A stretch of DNA of 64,000 bases from Euryarchaeota archaeon UBA19. Lineage in GTDB: Archaea; Thermoplasmatota; Poseidoniia; Poseidoniales; Thalassarchaeaceae. The stretch spans positions 7,784-71,783 of the forward strand of contig DAPQ01000060.1 in NCBI GenBank assembly GCA_002502175.1, given 5' to 3'. The position numbers and the translations under genes were made by a program. Below, in pieces: positions 39,145 through 49,540 of the stretch (positions are counted from its first letter, which is position 1; each line of letters opens with the position of its first letter). A model generated the notes under the pieces. It did not search any database. It had not been told where the DNA came from and saw only the letters and a program-made list of their open reading frames with translations.

Positions 39145-39420
39145 ATGACTCACGTGGTGACAAGCGCATGTGTTGCGCACAAGTATCAGGATTGTGTGGC
39201 AGTATGTCCAGTCGAGGCTTTCAGAGAAGCAGACTCATATTTGGTCATCGACCCTGATGAGTGCATCGATTGTGCTGCCTGTGTTTCCGAATGTCCTGTC
39301 GAAGCAATTTTCGCAGACACCGATGTACCAGATGAAGAAATGGAATGGATCGAGCGTAACGAGACTGAAAGTCTAGAATTAGAAATAGCAACTGGAGATT
39401 CACCAGTACTCGCAGACTGA
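39145..39420 (+). CDS. fdxA: 7Fe ferredoxin (FdxA/Azotobacter FdI type)
   Basis: [14 protein letters not shown] and [12 protein letters not shown]. Confidence 0.88.
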   Translation: MTHVVTSACVAHKYQDCVAVCPVEAFREADSYLVIDPDECIDCAACVSECPVEAIFADTDVPDEEMEWIERNETESLELEIATGDSPVLAD

Positions 39421-39480
39421 AGATTCACCTTCTAGTGAACTTAAACATAGATTCATGAATAGAAGCCGGGAGGCTTGAGT

Positions 39481-40470
39481 ATGACTCAGAGGGTTGACTT
39501 GGGGCAAATGCGCCACGGTACGGAGTTGTTGAAGCGGGGCTTCGCCAAGATGCAAGAAGGCGGAGTCATCATGGATGTCGTCAACGCTGAAGAAGCACAC
39601 ATAGCAGAAGATGCTGGTGCTGTCTCAGTAATGGCCCTAGAGAGAGTTCCTGCAGATATCCGATCTAGTGGAGGAGTCGCACGAATGAGTCACCCCGATA
39701 TGATAAAGGAAATTATCGAAACCACCTCGATACCAGTAATGGCCAAGGCAAGAATTGGTCACGATGAGGAAGCAAGAGTGCTCGAAGCACTAGGCGCAGA
39801 TATGATCGATGAATCTGAGGTTTTAACTCCCGCAGATCCCTTCTTTCACATAGCAAAAAACAACTTTACCGTACCATTTGTTTGTGGTTGCACAAACCTA
39901 GGAGAAGCGGTAAGAAGAGTCGCAGAAGGGGCGGCGATGATGCGTACCAAAGGTGAAGCTGGAACTGGAAATGTAGTCAGCGCCGTGCAACATTCTAGAT
40001 TAGTAGAAAATGAAATCACCCACGCACAATCTATTGGAGAAGAAGGTCGCAGTGAAATGGTTGACATAATTATGCAAGGATTTCAAAGAATAAACAAGGT
40101 CTCCTCCTTTAATTTAGATCCAGATTCCACGCCATTTGGTTCAATTAAAGAGGTTCGAGCAGAAGTGTCCTCTGTACTAGAAGACGTGGCCAGACTTGGT
40201 AGATTACCTGTGGTAACATTCTCGGCCGGAGGAATATCAACCCCAGCAGATGCAGCCCTTATGATGAAGCATGGTATGGATGGAATATTTGTTGGTTCTG
40301 GAATCTTCAAGAGTTCCGACCCAATACAGACCGCTGAAGCCATAGTGCTTGCAACCCATCACTTCGAGGATCCTTCCGTAGTCGCTGAGGCTAGTGCAAT
40401 GATTGGCGAACCAATGCCGGGTTTGGAAATCGAAACACTAGATGTTCGGCTGGAAGAGAGAGGCTGGTAA
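39481..40470 (+). CDS. pdxS: Pyridoxal 5'-phosphate synthase lyase subunit
   Basis: [50 protein letters not shown]. Confidence 0.96.
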   Translation: MTQRVDLGQMRHGTELLKRGFAKMQEGGVIMDVVNAEEAHIAEDAGAVSVMALERVPADIRSSGGVARMSHPDMIKEIIETTSIPVMAKARIGHDEEARVLEALGADMIDESEVLTPADPFFHIAKNNFTVPFVCGCTNLGEAVRRVAEGAAMMRTKGEAGTGNVVSAVQHSRLVENEITHAQSIGEEGRSEMVDIIMQGFQRINKVSSFNLDPDSTPFGSIKEVRAEVSSVLEDVARLGRLPVVTFSAGGISTPADAALMMKHGMDGIFVGSGIFKSSDPIQTAEAIVLATHHFEDPSVVAEASAMIGEPMPGLEIETLDVRLEERGW

Positions 40471-40472
40471 AC

Positions 40473-41492
40473 TCACAATTTTCCACGAGTTGTCCCTAAT
40501 TTTCGTTTCTTGGACTTTCTCGGCTTTGACGCCCGGGGTTCTGACTCTTCTTCAATTCCTGTACCGCCGAGAGTCAAAGAGCCACTTTCTAGTAACATCT
40601 CTTCTAATGACCCAGCTAGTTCTTCACTTTCGGATGGCGATCTAATAGCGTCTCTAACTGATTGATTGTGGTCTCGTATAGTCTTCTCACGTTCTTCTCG
40701 AGCGGCTTTTATTGAGTCACGGATTTCATTGACTTGGTCAAGCAGTGCTTTCATTTCAGTATGGACTTCATCAGCCGCTGCTTTTGCTTCAACAAATACG
40801 TTGTGAAGCCTATCACCCTCAGCCCTTAGGAAGTCTCTTTCCTCAAATAGTGGCTTAATTTCCTCCCATATTTCATCACCTTGCTTATGGCAATCTACCA
40901 TTGCTTGGTGTTCTGAATCAGCCTCTGCTTTTAGACGATTAATCGATTCATCCATGTCGCCAAGATCTATTGTAATAGACTCATGTTCCTTTACCGCGGG
41001 AAGTAATTCATTTCTCTTACCAATGAGTTTCTTTAGTTCCTTCAGGAGTTTATTTTCATCTTCCAATTTCAGTCTGCCATCAGTTTCTAAACGCCTCTCA
41101 ATCTTGTCAATTTGCCCTTCGGTTTCTGACAATTCAATAACTACTGATTTAGAACCTCTTTCGTCATCCCTACGACCACGTTTTTTCGAAATTATCTCTC
41201 TGATATGACCCTGGATTTCGTCTCTTCTAGCCTTGTGAATTCTTGCCTGGTCTCTAATTTCTTTTTGTTTAGCCTTCATTTCGTCAATAGATTCGCGTAA
41301 ACCTTTGGCTTGTTCTTGAACAGCATTCCGCGAATCGGCTGCTCTACGAGCGTTCTCATTGTGACTATTGCGATTATCTCGCATACGCCTTACTTTGGTC
41401 TCCATAGCGTGTAGGCGACTCCTGAGGTCATCGTCAGGGTTGGTAGTCTCGTCAGACACGGCCACGCCACGAGCGTTTGCCTCTTGAATCAA
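40473..41492 (-). CDS. COG1340-like archaeal coiled-coil protein (paralog 1); start uncertain
   Basis: Long heptad helices, IERRLET..L.LEDE..L hinge, GSLTL motif, basic tail. Confidence 0.75.
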   Translation of the reverse strand: MIQEANARGVAVSDETTNPDDDLRSRLHAMETKVRRMRDNRNSHNENARRAADSRNAVQEQAKGLRESIDEMKAKQKEIRDQARIHKARRDEIQGHIREIISKKRGRRDDERGSKSVVIELSETEGQIDKIERRLETDGRLKLEDENKLLKELKKLIGKRNELLPAVKEHESITIDLGDMDESINRLKAEADSEHQAMVDCHKQGDEIWEEIKPLFEERDFLRAEGDRLHNVFVEAKAAADEVHTEMKALLDQVNEIRDSIKAAREEREKTIRDHNQSVRDAIRSPSESEELAGSLEEMLLESGSLTLGGTGIEEESEPRASKPRKSKKRKLGTTRGKL

Positions 41493-41504
41493 CCCGATGT
41501 ATGG

Positions 41505-43091
41505 TCAGAGGCCTAGAACTGAACCAATGAATGGTAGAAGCGGTGATAGAATTGCAATAATAGCACCAAGGATAAACAATGCTCCTGTTGTCATTCTAAG
41601 TCTAGTAAAGAGGTCGTTGCGAATCTGAACCGTTAGCACACGACCAGATATTAGATTGCCATCCAAATCCTCTAGACGAATTGTAACAGTAGACTCACCA
41701 GTGCTAGATGGTAACAAACTCTGCCAAATAATTCTAGTAGAGTTTAGGAGGTTTGGAAGTGTGTCGGTGATTTTCGGAGAAAGTATTCCATCGAAAGAAA
41801 TCGATTTATGAGGCTCCACCTTAAGTCGATATTCACAATCATTTGGTCTAAAATCAGGGGTTTGAACCCTTAGTATGAGGTCTTGTATTTCATCGGTTTG
41901 ATTGAGAATGAACGCGAATAAATTCGCAGGGCCAACAACTAAGTTTTCCATATCCACATCAAACCATACATCACCAGATTTTCCGTTCTGATGCCTCATG
42001 TGTAAACGATCGTGAAGGCGGAAAAATGGTGCGCAATCAAGCATTGCTCTCGATAATAATCGGTCCCAGGTTTCTTGACCTAATTCGGGATGCTCAAATA
42101 AGCCATCAATCGAATCGGAGTCAATCATTGATGCCAGTGCAAGTCTAAATTGATTCTCATCTATCACAGATCTCCTCCTAAGATGCAATAAATGTAGCAA
42201 TGTCTCTTGCAGTTCTGTCATAGATTTACCAGGTTTAATTTCAGATTCAACTGTACGCAAATATTCGGATATCCTAACAGCCAATAGTGGATCGATATGG
42301 GCTTTAATTACGTCAGAAAACGGATATCGGAGTAAAGCGGGATGGATAGGTGGGGAGAAGGCGCTCAACATCCCCCATGGCTCATTAGCATTGAAGCGTG
42401 ATTTATTTGATACCAAAAAGGTCCCATGACCAGCTAATAAAGTCCCTGTAGAAAGCGCAACTAACCTTGGAGAAAGGTCTCCGTCGGGTGCCAACCAAAG
42501 GGCGATTCCAAGAAATAGGATTGCTAGAAGAAGGAAACTTATCGTGGCCCCTAACTGCCTTCTTGAACCATTTATGGTCGCACGCATTTCTGCATATCCG
42601 TGGGAGCTTTTGAACGTCAATCCGGCAGTTGTCAAAGATTCAGCCTCATACTGAAAAATCCTCCTAGTTACTGTCAACAACCGGAATAATAAGAGTAAGA
42701 GAGCAATATTTGCAACTAAAATGAATAATGAAAGGAAATGGATTCCAAGGTGCATCTCAACAGGAGCGACTTCTTGCATATGGTCCACCCACCATTCTGG
42801 CGTGGTATTTCTGTAAGAATGAGCAAGGCCGAAATTCACCACTACAATCAATGGTAAGAAGAGGACAAATCGAACCCCCCCACTGATCAGAAGTCTGTCT
42901 ATTCGTAGTAGGGTTCTTTCTTGATTCCTTAAACTATCAACATTTGAAAACATTATTTTTTCAGAATTATCTCCCTCTACAACCTGAAATTGTTTCATAT
43001 TATCCTGCTGAGGCAATGACTCTTCCTCTAGAACTTTTGATGCTAATGAGCTCAGAGCATCTTCCAAATTTGGAATCTCTTCATCCTGCAA
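41505..43091 (-). CDS. Hypothetical multi-pass membrane protein
   Basis: About four N-terminal TM helices, a soluble helical plus beta domain, and a C-terminal TM helix. Confidence 0.65.
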   Translation of the reverse strand: MQDEEIPNLEDALSSLASKVLEEESLPQQDNMKQFQVVEGDNSEKIMFSNVDSLRNQERTLLRIDRLLISGGVRFVLFLPLIVVVNFGLAHSYRNTTPEWWVDHMQEVAPVEMHLGIHFLSLFILVANIALLLLLFRLLTVTRRIFQYEAESLTTAGLTFKSSHGYAEMRATINGSRRQLGATISFLLLAILFLGIALWLAPDGDLSPRLVALSTGTLLAGHGTFLVSNKSRFNANEPWGMLSAFSPPIHPALLRYPFSDVIKAHIDPLLAVRISEYLRTVESEIKPGKSMTELQETLLHLLHLRRRSVIDENQFRLALASMIDSDSIDGLFEHPELGQETWDRLLSRAMLDCAPFFRLHDRLHMRHQNGKSGDVWFDVDMENLVVGPANLFAFILNQTDEIQDLILRVQTPDFRPNDCEYRLKVEPHKSISFDGILSPKITDTLPNLLNSTRIIWQSLLPSSTGESTVTIRLEDLDGNLISGRVLTVQIRNDLFTRLRMTTGALFILGAIIAILSPLLPFIGSVLGL

Positions 43092-43094
43092 GTT

Positions 43095-43745
43095 CTAGTC
43101 CTCCAATCTAACTAAAATACGCTTGGCCAAATCTTCGGAAAATAAGTATGGGGATCCTGAGACATATGTAGTGGAAAGTGTTTTGGTAACGTTGACGCCG
43201 ATGGAGATGTTTTGATTTTCTAGAGTTTTAATATCTTGGCCAGTTAGAGCGATTAATTCAACTACACCGCTACTGCCTTCCGGCATATTGGATATTGGCA
43301 ATAATGGGGATATTATGTCTGGTTCAAATTGCCTGGAAATTTGAGGGACTTTCTCACCCAGATGACTGTACTCTGGATAACCCAATAACTTGTCTAGAGA
43401 CGCCTCTAATTCATCATTAACCGCATGTTCCATTTCACACGCTATGGAATTAACATCTCCTTCAAATCCAATTACATCTGTTAGTAATAATTCAAGAAGT
43501 AATTGTCGTCGCTTAATCTTGCCAGCGATAGCAAACCCTTCTACTGTTAATCTTGAACCCTTGTAAGGAATATACGTCACCAAATCCCGGCCAGCAAGTC
43601 TTTGAATCATCTCCGTTGTTGAAGCATCACTGACTCCCATTATATCGGCTAACATTGAGGTTTTTACAATCGCAGCTGGTTGTTCAGAATGTATCTCAAA
43701 CATCTTCTTGAGATACATTTCCTCGAATTCGCTTAGTTCGTGCAT
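43095..43745 (-). CDS. DtxR/MntR-family metal-dependent transcriptional regulator with FeoA-like C-terminal domain
   Basis: EEMYLK, HTH LADIMGVSDASTTEM, YIPYKG, ACEMEH, LGYP. Confidence 0.9.
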   Translation of the reverse strand: MHELSEFEEMYLKKMFEIHSEQPAAIVKTSMLADIMGVSDASTTEMIQRLAGRDLVTYIPYKGSRLTVEGFAIAGKIKRRQLLLELLLTDVIGFEGDVNSIACEMEHAVNDELEASLDKLLGYPEYSHLGEKVPQISRQFEPDIISPLLPISNMPEGSSGVVELIALTGQDIKTLENQNISIGVNVTKTLSTTYVSGSPYLFSEDLAKRILVRLED

Positions 43746-43758
43746 GAAAAAACCTCAG

Positions 43759-45651
43759 TTATGGTTCTCCAACCTCTGCTAGGAATTCACAGCGGCAGGC
43801 AGGACACCTAGCCTTTACTGGACGTCTGTTAATTGGGATTTTTAGAGTTTGATCGCAACTAGGGCAAGATAGCAAATCATCCACTGAGCGAGCGGATATC
43901 TCTTGAGGAGTTGAAGTGGAAGGTGAATCATTTTGGGTCGCAATGTTTTCTTCTTCTGAAATTTTGTCTTCATCTTCTGACTCGATCGATTCGACCATGA
44001 ATCGAGCGGTACAAGCAGGACATTTCACGGCACCAGAATGGCTGTTCGGAATGTGCAGACGTTGGTCGCATTCGGGACACGGTATCTCTCTTTTTTCTAC
44101 TGCTGCAGACTTTTTCTTTTCCCCTCTGGCTTCTCTTAGTCGATTAAATCTTGATTTTCCTGTGTCCTCTACGCTTTCCGATACTGTTCGATATAGAACT
44201 AAAATGAACATTACAAGAACTAAACCTGTGACCGTTCCATAAATTGCGGCGACCAAATCAAATGGCAATTCTGCCTCTGCATTATTGTCGGAAAATGTTT
44301 CTATCTCCAAAAGAAGGCTTTCGGTAAGTCCACTAGTTACCCATATTATATGCACATCAACAACTTTTGAATCGGGCCACTGTTCGATGGTGAATTCACT
44401 GCTAAATGATTCACTTGGATTAATTGAAAAAGTTGGAATTGTGTCGAGTATCATGTTATCTGAATTTCGCACTACTCTTACCTCTCCTGCTAAAGTCGGA
44501 GTATTACCATTATTGGTTAAGGAGAACGGGATTTTTACACTTTCACCCACCACAGGAGCTGTGCTTACACCTTCAGAAGTAACCACAAGATCTAGTATAG
44601 GAGGAGTGAGTGTAGTCTGAATTTCAATTTCCTCTTCGGCCGTCCAAGTAACTGTATTTACTCGAATAATTAGTGCGTCTGCTGAAGGATTTCCTAGATC
44701 GAGGTTTAGTTGCCTTCGACCAGGATCCATGGTAATTAGGAAAAATTGTAAATTAGACTCAATAGTTTGATCGATTATTGCAACTTCGATTTCAACTTCC
44801 CTAGATCGGCCATCACTAAGGTAAAGAGAGAGTTCTGAACTTAGGCCATCTTCAAGATTCCAGTCCAAAGAATCAACTACTAACTGGATTGATTGAGGCT
44901 CTAAAACTTCAATCACAGTGGTACCGTTGAGTTCTCTTGCGACACCTCCATTGCTGGAATGAACCTTCCAATCTAGTTTGATTGAGCCTGAAGAAGAGGG
45001 TGAAAATGATGCGGAAACCTCCCTACTCGAACCGGGATTAATCAGTATGGCTTGGCCTTGAATAGGGTCTGACCCCTCAGGTGATATAACCAAACTAACA
45101 GATTCAGGATTCTGACCTTGATTATGGACCAATATTGAAGCGGTAAGTGAATCCCCAACATGGGCAGGCTCGCCAATAAGTGCTATTTCGGAGGAGCTAG
45201 CAGCAGTCAAGTTCAGAGGATTGGGTTCTACTAGTAAAGTAAGACTTTCACTCTGACCCGAAGAATCAATTCCGAAAATCAGATTCAAAACTCCTTCAGG
45301 CAGTGGACCGAATGAAATGTTGACTATCACAGTCGAATCTGAACCCTCAAGGAAACCAGTGAGTTCAGGAGTGGTTTGACCGTCCAATTCCATCACAAAC
45401 CACCACTCATCATGTCCAGCAGTAGTATCACTATTTGATACCTCGATGGATAATTGAATTCGGTCGCCTGCAAAAGCAGATGAATTCTCCGAAGGAAGGG
45501 ATGTTGAACCATCGATGATTGTATTATCCCAATCTGCTGAATTTTCTATACTGAATCTATCCTGGGCACTAACATTTAGCGAAATTAGGGTTACAAATAC
45601 AACAGAGGCTGTTATCACAAGCAAGTTGTGAGGACGAACGCCTGTATTCAT
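43759..45651 (-). CDS. CARDB/Ig-repeat surface protein with TM helix and two cytoplasmic zinc ribbons
   Basis: Signal peptide; VHNQG and LTNNG CARDB-like repeats; CPEC..CPAC and CPSC..CPAC. Confidence 0.7.
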   Translation of the reverse strand: MNTGVRPHNLLVITASVVFVTLISLNVSAQDRFSIENSADWDNTIIDGSTSLPSENSSAFAGDRIQLSIEVSNSDTTAGHDEWWFVMELDGQTTPELTGFLEGSDSTVIVNISFGPLPEGVLNLIFGIDSSGQSESLTLLVEPNPLNLTAASSSEIALIGEPAHVGDSLTASILVHNQGQNPESVSLVISPEGSDPIQGQAILINPGSSREVSASFSPSSSGSIKLDWKVHSSNGGVARELNGTTVIEVLEPQSIQLVVDSLDWNLEDGLSSELSLYLSDGRSREVEIEVAIIDQTIESNLQFFLITMDPGRRQLNLDLGNPSADALIIRVNTVTWTAEEEIEIQTTLTPPILDLVVTSEGVSTAPVVGESVKIPFSLTNNGNTPTLAGEVRVVRNSDNMILDTIPTFSINPSESFSSEFTIEQWPDSKVVDVHIIWVTSGLTESLLLEIETFSDNNAEAELPFDLVAAIYGTVTGLVLVMFILVLYRTVSESVEDTGKSRFNRLREARGEKKKSAAVEKREIPCPECDQRLHIPNSHSGAVKCPACTARFMVESIESEDEDKISEEENIATQNDSPSTSTPQEISARSVDDLLSCPSCDQTLKIPINRRPVKARCPACRCEFLAEVGEP

Positions 45652-45747
45652 TGTCTGACCCTCGGAGCGGGTCAGTGTATCAAGGAAACCCTAATTCAAG
45701 GTCACGTAGTGACCTTTATGATGGGCCCTAATTTCCGCCGTTTGCAT

Positions 45748-46614
45748 ATGGAGTCTGAAGGCCTGCTAGCGGTGACGCCTGACGAATTGGCGCAGGCTTT
45801 GTTAGATAGGAGGGTTTTGCTGAAGGAGCAATTACCCACTGTTATTCGTACACTCGAGGCCGAGGAACAGAACCTTGCTCCAAAGCTATCTCGTTCAGCA
45901 GATAAACACAAACAGGCAAATGAAATTGTTGCTAAGTTGAAAGTGGAACGCGACCAAGCACAAATCGCAGCCCGAAATCTGCTCCCGAAGGTAAAGGAAT
46001 ATCGGGATAAATTGGTGGAATCTGGTGGGATGGTAAACCTTGACCCAGATTGGAAAAAAGAAAAATTGTTTGAAGAATTGGATGAAATCGAAGAAAATAT
46101 CCAGACTTCGGCGTTAGATCACAAAGCTGAGAAAAAGATGATTGAACGTAGAAAAAAGTTGATTCAACAAAACGAAAAATGGCTCAAGGAAAGAAGAGAT
46201 TCAAACCCGGAAATGGCAGATTACATCGATTCTAGAAGAGAGATGTCTTACCAATTTACAATTGCCAACAAGGCTCATAGAAATATGATCAAAGCCGTGG
46301 AAAAGGCGCAACCGTTGCATGAGAAAAAAGTAGCGATGGAGGCAGAAATAAGAGACGTCAGAAGACAATTGGACAGAGCCAAAGAATTACTGTCTCAATC
46401 TGACCAAGCAATAGAACATTGGCAACGCCGATTAAAGGATGGGTATGGAGAATTAGGACTAGGATTCCCTGACCTCCTTAAAGACATGATTCAAGTCCAG
46501 GAGGGAGGAGACTCTAGTTTCGCTAAGAGGCACAAGAAAAACAAACAGAATTCAAAGAAAAATAGTGTTGAGAATGGGCGAATAAACTCCGATTCGAGGG
46601 GTGAGGAAGAATGA
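45748..46614 (+). CDS. COG1340-like coiled-coil protein (paralog 2)
   Basis: IEENIQTSALDHKAEKKMIERRKKL hinge; heptad repeats. Confidence 0.75.
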   Translation: MESEGLLAVTPDELAQALLDRRVLLKEQLPTVIRTLEAEEQNLAPKLSRSADKHKQANEIVAKLKVERDQAQIAARNLLPKVKEYRDKLVESGGMVNLDPDWKKEKLFEELDEIEENIQTSALDHKAEKKMIERRKKLIQQNEKWLKERRDSNPEMADYIDSRREMSYQFTIANKAHRNMIKAVEKAQPLHEKKVAMEAEIRDVRRQLDRAKELLSQSDQAIEHWQRRLKDGYGELGLGFPDLLKDMIQVQEGGDSSFAKRHKKNKQNSKKNSVENGRINSDSRGEEE

Positions 46615-47576
46615 GCGATGGTTTGTTCGATGATCTTGAGGAGCTACCTCATGATGAAATCGAAGAGAAGGTCAAACAATTAGACCGTGAATTACGCTCA
46701 TTAGATGAAGAATTCAACTCACTGCGTCAAGAACGAAGAAACCAAGTGGAAATTGTAAAATCGTTGAGAGGAGCATTCGATGGAATTCAAGAGGTGAATT
46801 CTGAGAGGCGAATGCTGTTGAGAGAATTTCATGAAATAAAGAAAAAGGCAGACAAGCATAGAGCATTACGAGATAGAGTCAACCTATCTATTCCGCCACC
46901 TGCTTCTGTATTAGAAGAATGGATGGCAGACACACACTCTAAGTTAACCACCATAGATAACGACCTTACAGCAGTCCCCACCATAAATAGGGAATTGGAT
47001 TCATTTCGACGATTTTTCGAATTACAAGCAGCTGTGGTACGTAAGCGTGAGGCAGAAGATGCTCATGCACAGTATGTAGTTCAAATTGAGGATTTACGAA
47101 AAGTTACATCTAAATTAGACGCAACAAAGAAGGCTGGCAAGGATGCCGCAGATTCAGCAACAGAAAATAATGAAGTTAATCCTGACAACATAACTCGTAG
47201 TGAAATTAGGAAAATGAGCAAGCGAATCAGCAGCATAGATAAGCGGTTAGACACGATTAAATCACAACGTAAGAAATTACGAAGGGAATCAGGTAGAGTC
47301 CGGTCATATCAGAAAATAACTTCAGGAAGAGGGAGAAAAATCCGTCTAACTGATGTAAAAGAGAGAGCAAGTAAAGGAGGTTCACTAAACGCCAATGAAT
47401 TATCTGCTTTACTAGATTCAGGCAGTTTGACAGGTATCACAAATGAAGCAAGCAAACCGGAGTCTACGAAATCAAACGCACCTAGGAAAGGTAGAACGGG
47501 AAAGAAAGGAATGCGAAGACTAGGTGTCACTAGAGGTGGACCAAGGAAGGGTAACTCCGCTAGTCGGAGGGAATGA
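46611..47576 (+). CDS. COG1340-like coiled-coil protein (paralog 3)
   Basis: Heptad repeats, GGSLNANELSALL, basic tail; ATGA overlap with the previous gene. Confidence 0.72.
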   Translation: MSDGLFDDLEELPHDEIEEKVKQLDRELRSLDEEFNSLRQERRNQVEIVKSLRGAFDGIQEVNSERRMLLREFHEIKKKADKHRALRDRVNLSIPPPASVLEEWMADTHSKLTTIDNDLTAVPTINRELDSFRRFFELQAAVVRKREAEDAHAQYVVQIEDLRKVTSKLDATKKAGKDAADSATENNEVNPDNITRSEIRKMSKRISSIDKRLDTIKSQRKKLRRESGRVRSYQKITSGRGRKIRLTDVKERASKGGSLNANELSALLDSGSLTGITNEASKPESTKSNAPRKGRTGKKGMRRLGVTRGGPRKGNSASRRE

Positions 47577-47642
47577 GGAAAAAAACACCTCAAATGAACT
47601 TATATGGTAAACTTAGGACGTTAATTCAAGGGGCATGATTGT

Positions 47643-48524
47643 ATGAAGATGGAAAGCGGGGAAATTCGCGGGATTCTTCAACCACTCTGTGACGATATTC
47701 AAGAACAGATATCCTACAATCGGGAAGAAAGGGACCAATGGAATTCGAAAGTCCGTAAATTACTCGACGAACGCAACGAGTTAAATCGGCAAGTTAAGGA
47801 ATTAATCACAGAGGTGCAGAATCAAAAATCTCTACGAGATGATGCAAACCAAACCGTTAGAGAATTAAAAGAAATAAGGGCTGAAAGGACTGAGGTACTA
47901 AGAGTAATTAGGACCGATTTTAGGGAGAAAATAGCCGAAAATGGCTCTCAAGAAGAAAGACAGGAGAAACACGATAAAACTCGCTCACCAGGAAGAATTA
48001 GAACAGAAATAGACCGTTTGGAAAAGCAATACAACGAAGGTCGGTTCCTTGGTAAAAAGGAAAAAGAGTTCGTCGCTAAAATGAAAAAGTTACATCAAGA
48101 ACTTAGAGAAGCTAAGGAAAAGAAATCCGATGGTGGAATAAGAGAATTAAAGATTCAACTTAGAGATGCTGAAAAGAAACAAGAAGACGCCCACAAGAAG
48201 GTGAAGCGGGCAGTAATAGGCGCTCAAGAAGCCCATGACTTGATGGCTGAATTATCGGAAGAGGTCGATAGATTACGAGAGAAGGCAAATTCAGCTCAGT
48301 CAGGAGTTACTCGGGCTAAAAGAGAAGCAGATTCTCTCCATGGAAGATACATTGTATCGTTGAGGTGTATACATTCCATGCAAGATTTACTCAAGGCTCT
48401 GGAAACTAGAGAAGGCGGTGTTACAGAGGACGACGAGCAAGTCGAAGTCGCTGATCTAATGACACGACTAATGTCTGGAGACACATTATCTACTGACGAA
48501 ATCATGGCGCTTCAGAGGAATTGA
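47643..48524 (+). CDS. COG1340-like coiled-coil protein (paralog 4)
   Basis: ERDQWN...ERNELN...RDDAN repeats, IDRLE hinge, C-terminal GDTLSTDEIMALQ. Confidence 0.78.
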   Translation: MKMESGEIRGILQPLCDDIQEQISYNREERDQWNSKVRKLLDERNELNRQVKELITEVQNQKSLRDDANQTVRELKEIRAERTEVLRVIRTDFREKIAENGSQEERQEKHDKTRSPGRIRTEIDRLEKQYNEGRFLGKKEKEFVAKMKKLHQELREAKEKKSDGGIRELKIQLRDAEKKQEDAHKKVKRAVIGAQEAHDLMAELSEEVDRLREKANSAQSGVTRAKREADSLHGRYIVSLRCIHSMQDLLKALETREGGVTEDDEQVEVADLMTRLMSGDTLSTDEIMALQRN

Positions 48525-49455
48525 TTTCGTAAGTTCGACCATTCCTAGAATGAAGAAGCTCAATTCCACCCTCATGGTCAAGTAGCCAGCCCGGAATAGC
48601 AGAAGGAATTTCTTCTAGTATCGCCCCATCTGAATCAAATGACCACCTTTCTAACATAGTGCTTCTGACCGAACTTCCTTCAATGGCTTCTTCTTGTTTT
48701 TGTCTTCGGGACTCTAAAATCCCTACTAACATAACTCTCAAATCGGTATCTGTCAACCATTTATTTTCTTTGGCAATAATTAACCGTAGGTTTGGAGGGG
48801 TATTCAGAACTTGATCTGAATCATGGGCCTCCAAACGATTAGCCCATGGGTCTTCTAATACACTCCAATTACCCTCTTCCCTCTCTCCATCAGGACTGAC
48901 TAATGCACCATTTATGTTCCATATACGAGATTGTAGAAGTATTGGTTTAGCATCAACATATTCCATTCCTCTTTGTATACACCATTCATCAAGGTCAATT
49001 ATTGGAGGCAAAATGACTAACTTATTCGGAAGTTTTTCTTCAATAATTTCTTCAGTGATTTCTTCATTAGGGGTTATTTGAGGAATTTTGGCTTCTAAAT
49101 CTCCGCGTAAAACTGCTTCTCCAATCCAACGGCTTAAGACATCAGGATTCCAAAGTTCAATTTTCAATTTTGAAGACAATATTTCCTTAGCCTGGTCTTC
49201 AAATTCTCTCTCACTCAAAATCCAATGAGGGCCACTAGGAGCATCTACAAGCCATCTTTCAGCTTCCGCGACACTTACTGGAATAATCGCTTTAGGCACA
49301 TGCCAAACATGCACTGAAGAACCTGTATCCTCTTCTAATTCAGGAATTTTCTCAGCTACTCCAAGGCACCGGAAACCAACAGTTTCGACTAGATTACTAG
49401 CCTCGGATAATCTAACTCCGCGAAGATTGAGTAAATCCCCCACGGTATTATCCAT
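48502..49455 (-). CDS. Hypothetical protein, possibly with a degenerate Mrr/PD-(D/E)XK-like N-domain
   Basis: KIELWNPDVLSRWIGEAVL resembles the end of archaeal Mrr-like domains; no catalytic motif visible. Confidence 0.55.
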   Translation of the reverse strand: MDNTVGDLLNLRGVRLSEASNLVETVGFRCLGVAEKIPELEEDTGSSVHVWHVPKAIIPVSVAEAERWLVDAPSGPHWILSEREFEDQAKEILSSKLKIELWNPDVLSRWIGEAVLRGDLEAKIPQITPNEEITEEIIEEKLPNKLVILPPIIDLDEWCIQRGMEYVDAKPILLQSRIWNINGALVSPDGEREEGNWSVLEDPWANRLEAHDSDQVLNTPPNLRLIIAKENKWLTDTDLRVMLVGILESRRQKQEEAIEGSSVRSTMLERWSFDSDGAILEEIPSAIPGWLLDHEGGIELLHSRNGRTYEINSSEAP

Positions 49456-49540
49456 GTCTTCTGGTAGTCGTTTATCCCTTGAAGGGAATCCCTACAAAGT
49501 ATGATTTGGCAGCGAAAATGAAGGCTAATATTCTACGCCA

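Noticed and set aside
40020-40180. Insertion of about 35-40 aa in PdxS and no adjacent pdxT
   Set aside because: Longer PdxS forms occur in other archaea and pdxT is often unlinked; cannot be judged from one window
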